Positions 25,205 to 29,826 of a stretch of 29,826 nucleotides of DNA are shown here, one piece after another. Under the pieces are notes generated by a model, which saw nothing but the letters and a program-made list of their open reading frames with translations, did no database searches and was not told the DNA's origin. A program made the translations under genes and the position numbers. Each line of letters begins with the position of its first letter. Within the stretch, counting starts at the first letter, position 1. The stretch comes from a virus. Lineage: Duplodnaviria > Caudoviricetes. The DNA lies in the IMG/VR virus record IMGVR_UViG_3300032330_001023, positions 1 to 29,826 of that record. One strand, given 5' to 3'.

Positions 25205-27415
25205 TTAAGCTCTCCTACCGTCAGGACGTACGTTCATACTGGGCACACCTAATTGCCACTGAGTACCCAACGTATCTGAATCTATTCTAAGCGCCATCTG
25301 GCGACCACGGGCACGGGTGTACACAATATCAGTAAATTGTTGCACGTTATATACATTTTGTTGCGCGTAAGACACCGTTGATGCGACCGTTGGGGAGCCA
25401 GCCGTATTGTAGTTATTGCCGGGGTTTTGTCTTGGTCGAATAGTAAACGTCACTTGAGGTAAGTTGGGCGATGCGGTAGTTGACCCATTAAACGTTATAT
25501 CAGGAACAATCTGCCACACAAAACCGTAGTTATGCCCATCACCAATATTAAAGTCCGCCGATTGCACAAACGCTGGAATAGCCGAAGGGGGGTTAGTAGT
25601 ACCGTCATCCACCGCAGCTTCGTGAAACACTAGTAAGTTAGATGCGTATGAAGGAACAAACGAATTTATAACGTGGGATGCCGCAGTAGTGTTGTTATAC
25701 CCTCGTGTAGCGCCGGTTAAGCTTGCGCCTGTATTTCCTGTGTATGCTATCTGCTCGCTATCAATTTTTATAACCCCCGAATTAGGGTAACCAACAGCAT
25801 TTATTAGCGGAATAGTTGTGTCTGTACTGGTTATAGCCGCTGCCAAATAAGACGCTTGGTTTCCGTTGGTTGCTTGTGGATATTGGCGTAATGGGCTATC
25901 TAACCATGCAGTGCGGTTCATGCTGCCGTAGTACCAAACACGGTCAAGATAGTTAAATATCACGTAGCGATCAACGGTATTTGATGTTGCCGAGCAGTAG
26001 AACCACCAGATTTCAGAATAGCCCTCATTAGTACCACTAACAATTTGGTAGTCTTGGTTTCGGTTAATATCGTCAAATACGTACGAACGTAAAGCGCACG
26101 GCAGCGTTTCTACTCGCCCCGAATAAGCATAAAATTTATCTGAACCCATCCAGTACGTAACCCCGTTAGCCGTTGCCGCAGCATTTGGGGAGATAATAGA
26201 TATGTTGTCCGCTAAAATATTAAAACCAAATACGTATGGTGGCCCCAGATACTGCATTGAATAAAGCGTGGAGTCAGTCCATACTAAAATTTCTTGTCGT
26301 GTTTGTATTCCCGTGATAATTCCAGACCCACGAGATAAACGAAAACTACCCGCTTGATTTGCTACTGACGGCGACCAGACAGAATAATCTTCATTAGTAG
26401 ACCAACGAACAAGCATGGGGTCAAACAAACCATCGCCTAATGCCCCCTCATAATTATTACACCCCAATGCAATAACAATACGTGAAGCATCTGCCACCAT
26501 TACTTGATATACCTGTGCGGGGCATTGTGTTGTGCTATTAGATGTGAGTGCTACACCGGGGTTGTTAGAAAAAGTTGGCGTGGTGCCTGAACCGGGGTCC
26601 CAGTAATAAATAGAACCGCTTCTTGGTGCAAAAAGTAACTGCTGCCCAAAATTTGCTTGGCTCCACAAACGTAATTGCGAACCAACACCGGATGCCCCTG
26701 CGGTATAAGCCGTACCCCAACCATGCGCCCAAGCATCAGTGCCAACACCAATAGCCGCACCGTTCCAAGGCCCTGCGCCCCAACCAGTACTGTAAGTAAA
26801 TATGTCTCCGCCGGGGGAAATTTGATATTTACCAATAACAGAACTTCCACCATTTCCGCTATCAGAAGCGTTGGCTAAAACAAACGCGCCGGGGTTTTCA
26901 ACGGTTGTATTTTTTGCGCGCGCTTGGATAGTGTATGTGTTTGCGCTGACATACGTTATTTGATATTGCTGGTTTAAAACATCCGCAATTATGTTGCCGC
27001 CAAGAGATACAGCGCCACTAAACGTAACAAAATCTCCGGTCTGCCCACCAAAAGCTGTGTCAGTTACTGTGATAGTAGAAGACCCATTAGTAGCTGCAAA
27101 AGTTACATCACCGGCGGCAGTCGTGCTTCTAATAGGTGTGATGTCGTAGTACTGCCCACCGTACACTATATAAAATTTTAAGTTAGTGCCAAGCCCCAGC
27201 AAAATAACGCTCTTAAGCGTAGCCCAATTAAAAAGAGAACGGCACACACCAACAAATGTAGCGAACGAGCCGTCGGCAACCGCCCAACCACCAATCTTTT
27301 CAGGGTAGCCAGAACGAAAACGCACCTTGTCCGACTCAAACCAACCACCCTCATTAGCAAGCGTGGTGCTTTCTCGGTTAACGCCCGGACGAAATTGGAG
27401 TTTTTGTAAAGGCAT
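25205..27415 (-). CDS. Putative tail hub/nozzle (P22 gp10-like position) beta-propeller protein
   Basis: 736 aa, beta-rich; VRWS, NQAG, EILVWTD, YWMG, EIWWFY, RTAWLD motifs; terminal PDGRR; AAGGAG Shine-Dalgarno. Confidence 0.75.
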   Translation of the reverse strand: MPLQKLQFRPGVNRESTTLANEGGWFESDKVRFRSGYPEKIGGWAVADGSFATFVGVCRSLFNWATLKSVILLGLGTNLKFYIVYGGQYYDITPIRSTTAAGDVTFAATNGSSTITVTDTAFGGQTGDFVTFSGAVSLGGNIIADVLNQQYQITYVSANTYTIQARAKNTTVENPGAFVLANASDSGNGGSSVIGKYQISPGGDIFTYSTGWGAGPWNGAAIGVGTDAWAHGWGTAYTAGASGVGSQLRLWSQANFGQQLLFAPRSGSIYYWDPGSGTTPTFSNNPGVALTSNSTTQCPAQVYQVMVADASRIVIALGCNNYEGALGDGLFDPMLVRWSTNEDYSVWSPSVANQAGSFRLSRGSGIITGIQTRQEILVWTDSTLYSMQYLGPPYVFGFNILADNISIISPNAAATANGVTYWMGSDKFYAYSGRVETLPCALRSYVFDDINRNQDYQIVSGTNEGYSEIWWFYCSATSNTVDRYVIFNYLDRVWYYGSMNRTAWLDSPLRQYPQATNGNQASYLAAAITSTDTTIPLINAVGYPNSGVIKIDSEQIAYTGNTGASLTGATRGYNNTTAASHVINSFVPSYASNLLVFHEAAVDDGTTNPPSAIPAFVQSADFNIGDGHNYGFVWQIVPDITFNGSTTASPNLPQVTFTIRPRQNPGNNYNTAGSPTVASTVSYAQQNVYNVQQFTDIVYTRARGRQMALRIDSDTLGTQWQLGVPSMNVRPDGRRA

Positions 27416-27425
27416 GCTTTACTCC

Positions 27426-29522
27426 TTAAACCCAACCACCAACATTAATAGTTGCCGTAGTAGCGGTGCTTAAAGCACGAATTTTTATGTATGATCCTGC
27501 TTGAGTTGTATAAGGACCTACAGCTACTCCCGTAGCAACCGTTGACGAGCTAGACGTTAAATACTTTGGCGTAAATGTCCCCGCTGTAGTAAATGTAATT
27601 GTTCCAATAACTTTGGCTTGAAATACATTGTTTGCATTAGTACTCATTGGCCCTGTTGCAAGTGTCGCAGAAGGGGTTTGTATAATTCCAAAAAGACTGC
27701 CCGTTGCCGTTGCCCCTGCAATAGGACCAAAAGTAAGCGCGGTAGCAGACGTAGCGTAATACCCATTAACCCAATAGTTTGCGCTACTAATAGTGCCGCT
27801 TCCCGCATCAAGAGCTAACCATATCCAGTGCGCCGTGGTACCTGCGGTTTTTGTTAAAACAAACGACATATCTATTTCATACGTAGTGTTTGCCGCTACA
27901 GGTATCCCCGCATTAAACATTGATATTTGCGAGGTGCTTGCTGTAGGAACGTAGTTTGTACCCAAACGATATACGGCTTCTGATGGTAACGTAGTGGTGT
28001 CCATTGTGCCGTACTTAGCAGACACTAAACCAACTGGAGAAACTGTTACGCGGTCAACCATCGCTATCTGGGCTGTACCTGTAGCGCCAGCAGGGGCTGT
28101 TTGTAATACTATGCTGCCAGAACCACCTGTGCCAGTACCATTACCCGCTGCAATAGTAAGATTTGCACCAGCCACATCAGTGCCAGTACGGTTAGGACCA
28201 CGAACAGTATTTCCTGTAGTAGACGCAGATGCTTCCCCAGCACCAACAATAATGTTGCCGTCACTATCAACACGAAGACGTTCAATTAAAGTAGTTGATA
28301 GCGCAGGTATGGTGCTAATTGAGAGATACGCAGGGGCGTTGGCTGTGGTCGTTGCCGCCGCTGAAACCCCACGAATAGTTGCAGCAGGTTGGAATTTAGC
28401 GCTATCTGCCGCAGAAAAATTAATTGTTCCTAACAAAGCTCCAGCAGGGACTGCGGTAAATGTTCCTATTGATGATGTTGAAGCTGACCTTGCTAACTCT
28501 AGCGATGGGCCTATTTGCGCTGTACTAGAATTAAATAAAGCCAACCCCATTGCCGCGCCGTTAGCATCTGTGCCAAGTTCTTGTATGCGTGGGGTTAACG
28601 TGTTAGCAGAAAATGCGGATATCGGGGCTGTGTACCCAGTAACAATTTGTCCGGCGTTATCTATTATGAAGGGGGTAGTGTCTGGGTTAGTAGCATCGTC
28701 TACTTGAAAAGCATTTCCACTACCGGTTTGGGTTACACGTAGCGCAGGAATTGTGCTTGAGCCGTCAATAATAACACCGGGGTTAACGACCCCATTTACT
28801 GTTACCGTATCGTCTGTAACAAGTGCATTACCCGATATAGCGGAGGCAGGTGCTGTTGCAGTGACAGTAAAGTTGGTAGATGACGCTGTAGCGACCGTGT
28901 AAGAACCTGAAGGAAAAGTGCCAGAAGTAGTAGCGATATAAACTACCGTTGTTCCACCTACATACGTGTTAGCAACTGTGAAGGTAGCCGTAGTGCTACC
29001 ACTGCCTTGAGCGTATGCGGCTGATAAACGTGTATTACCAAAAGTGGTGTTACCTACAAAACTAGTGGCACCGCTTACCGTTAAATCGTTAGCAATGTAA
29101 TCAAACTGCCCAACAACATTAGTGCCATCACAGCGTACTAACACAGATGCCCCCGCTGGAATAGTTACCCCAGTACCTGCCGCGGTAGTATTACCTGCAA
29201 CAGAGCTTGCGTAAAGTGTGCAGGAGTATGTCGAGTTTGCATTTTTTACAACATACAGTTTAGTAACCGGTGGGGCGTAGACGTTATAGTTTGCTCCAGA
29301 AGACGTATTTAATACAAGAGCCGCATTTCGCGCTTGGTCTGCCAAACCGTTTTGTATGGTCAACGCTTGATTTGCAGTGGTTGTGGTTACCGTTGCCGCC
29401 CCCGAAATAGCATCTTCAATCAAGGTACCGAGATTGTTATTTGTGGTTGTACCCCAGTAACCAGACTGCTCGCCGTTAGCAATAAGCTCGATACGTAAGT
29501 CGGGGGAGTAAGTAGATGCCAT
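27426..29522 (-). CDS. Tail fibre/receptor-binding protein
   Basis: Conserved-type N-terminus MASTYS..LRIELIANGEQSG.WGTTTN.NL; Thr/Ala/Gly/Ser-rich; fibre repeats ERLRVDSDGNI and DRVTVSPVGLV. Confidence 0.8.
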   Translation of the reverse strand: MASTYSPDLRIELIANGEQSGYWGTTTNNNLGTLIEDAISGAATVTTTTANQALTIQNGLADQARNAALVLNTSSGANYNVYAPPVTKLYVVKNANSTYSCTLYASSVAGNTTAAGTGVTIPAGASVLVRCDGTNVVGQFDYIANDLTVSGATSFVGNTTFGNTRLSAAYAQGSGSTTATFTVANTYVGGTTVVYIATTSGTFPSGSYTVATASSTNFTVTATAPASAISGNALVTDDTVTVNGVVNPGVIIDGSSTIPALRVTQTGSGNAFQVDDATNPDTTPFIIDNAGQIVTGYTAPISAFSANTLTPRIQELGTDANGAAMGLALFNSSTAQIGPSLELARSASTSSIGTFTAVPAGALLGTINFSAADSAKFQPAATIRGVSAAATTTANAPAYLSISTIPALSTTLIERLRVDSDGNIIVGAGEASASTTGNTVRGPNRTGTDVAGANLTIAAGNGTGTGGSGSIVLQTAPAGATGTAQIAMVDRVTVSPVGLVSAKYGTMDTTTLPSEAVYRLGTNYVPTASTSQISMFNAGIPVAANTTYEIDMSFVLTKTAGTTAHWIWLALDAGSGTISSANYWVNGYYATSATALTFGPIAGATATGSLFGIIQTPSATLATGPMSTNANNVFQAKVIGTITFTTAGTFTPKYLTSSSSTVATGVAVGPYTTQAGSYIKIRALSTATTATINVGGWV

Positions 29523-29531
29523 GATGTTTCC

Positions 29532-29826
29532 TTAACTAAGGTATAGTGCGCGTTCGTCTTTACGGCGGTTCTCGAGTCCTCTTAAGACCTTACCACCGGC
29601 TTTGCAATACTTTAAAAATTCTTCGGCGGCCCCAGCAGAGTCGCCCCGGTTGTGTTTCTGTCGCAGAGTGCTGCGTTGCAAGGTTCCTAGTCCTAGGTTA
29701 AAACTAAAACTGACCAGACTGTCCAGCCAGCTTTGGCGACTGCCAGCACTAGGACAATACTTAAGAACTCCTGATTCAAACCTAGTAAGGTCTTTTGCAA
29801 GTATGGCATCTACCTCTTCCATTGTA
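29532..29826 (-). CDS. Phage lysozyme/endolysin (GH24 muramidase), 5'-truncated by the window edge
   Basis: DSLVSFSFNLGLGTLQRSTL...AAEEFLKY...GGKVLRGLENRRKDERALYL; frame stays open to the window end. Confidence 0.93.
   Translation of the reverse strand, partial: TMEEVDAILAKDLTRFESGVLKYCPSAGSRQSWLDSLVSFSFNLGLGTLQRSTLRQKHNRGDSAGAAEEFLKYCKAGGKVLRGLENRRKDERALYLS

Larger units (their letters stand above)
1..29826. mobile_element. Tailed dsDNA bacteriophage (or prophage) genome segment, podovirus-like
   Basis: Dense, overlapping genes in two convergent arms: replication (PolA, SNF2 helicase, primase-helicase) and structural/lysis (lysozyme, tail, giant ejection-type protein). No housekeeping genes. 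Confidence 0.95.

Noticed and set aside
27994-28707. 237-aa + strand ORF opposite the tail fibre
   Set aside because: Antisense shadow of Thr/Gly/Ala codons; no independent evidence.
1-29826. Diversity-generating retroelement, introns/inteins or stop-codon reassignment
   Set aside because: No reverse transcriptase or template/variable repeat pair seen; polymerase, helicase and primase ORFs are continuous without intein-like termini; genes tile fully under the standard code.

Overview
Fragment of a tailed dsDNA phage genome (podovirus-like gene order; no host genes, integrase, capsid or terminase in view), arranged as two convergent arms meeting at ~10.68 kb. The + arm (1-10693) has small hypothetical genes, then a replication module: family A DNA polymerase (Leu at the E. 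coli 762-equivalent position), Cas4-like PD-(D/E)XK nuclease, small HNH protein, SNF2-type helicase, putative Cys4 ssDNA-binding protein, a structured intergenic region, an HTH regulator and a 97x-aa AEP primase-helicase fusion. The - arm (10671-29826) is a late/structural module: lysozyme (partial), tail fibre, tail hub-like protein, a small tail protein, then a candidate ejection cassette (499 aa, GNAT acyltransferase, 362 aa, 612 aa, and a 3038-aa polyvalent protein). The best candidates for undescribed biology are (i) a repeated A-x-G-G / G-L-x-x-L-[AP] motif system shared by three ejection-cassette proteins, alongside a GNAT and a putative cleavable leader, (ii) an AT-rich insert with an internal Tat-like signal inside the giant protein's zincin domain, (iii) a multi-hairpin element at 6995-7144, and (iv) a PriL-like Fe-S domain in the primase. 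All calls come from motif reading by eye; no searches were run.
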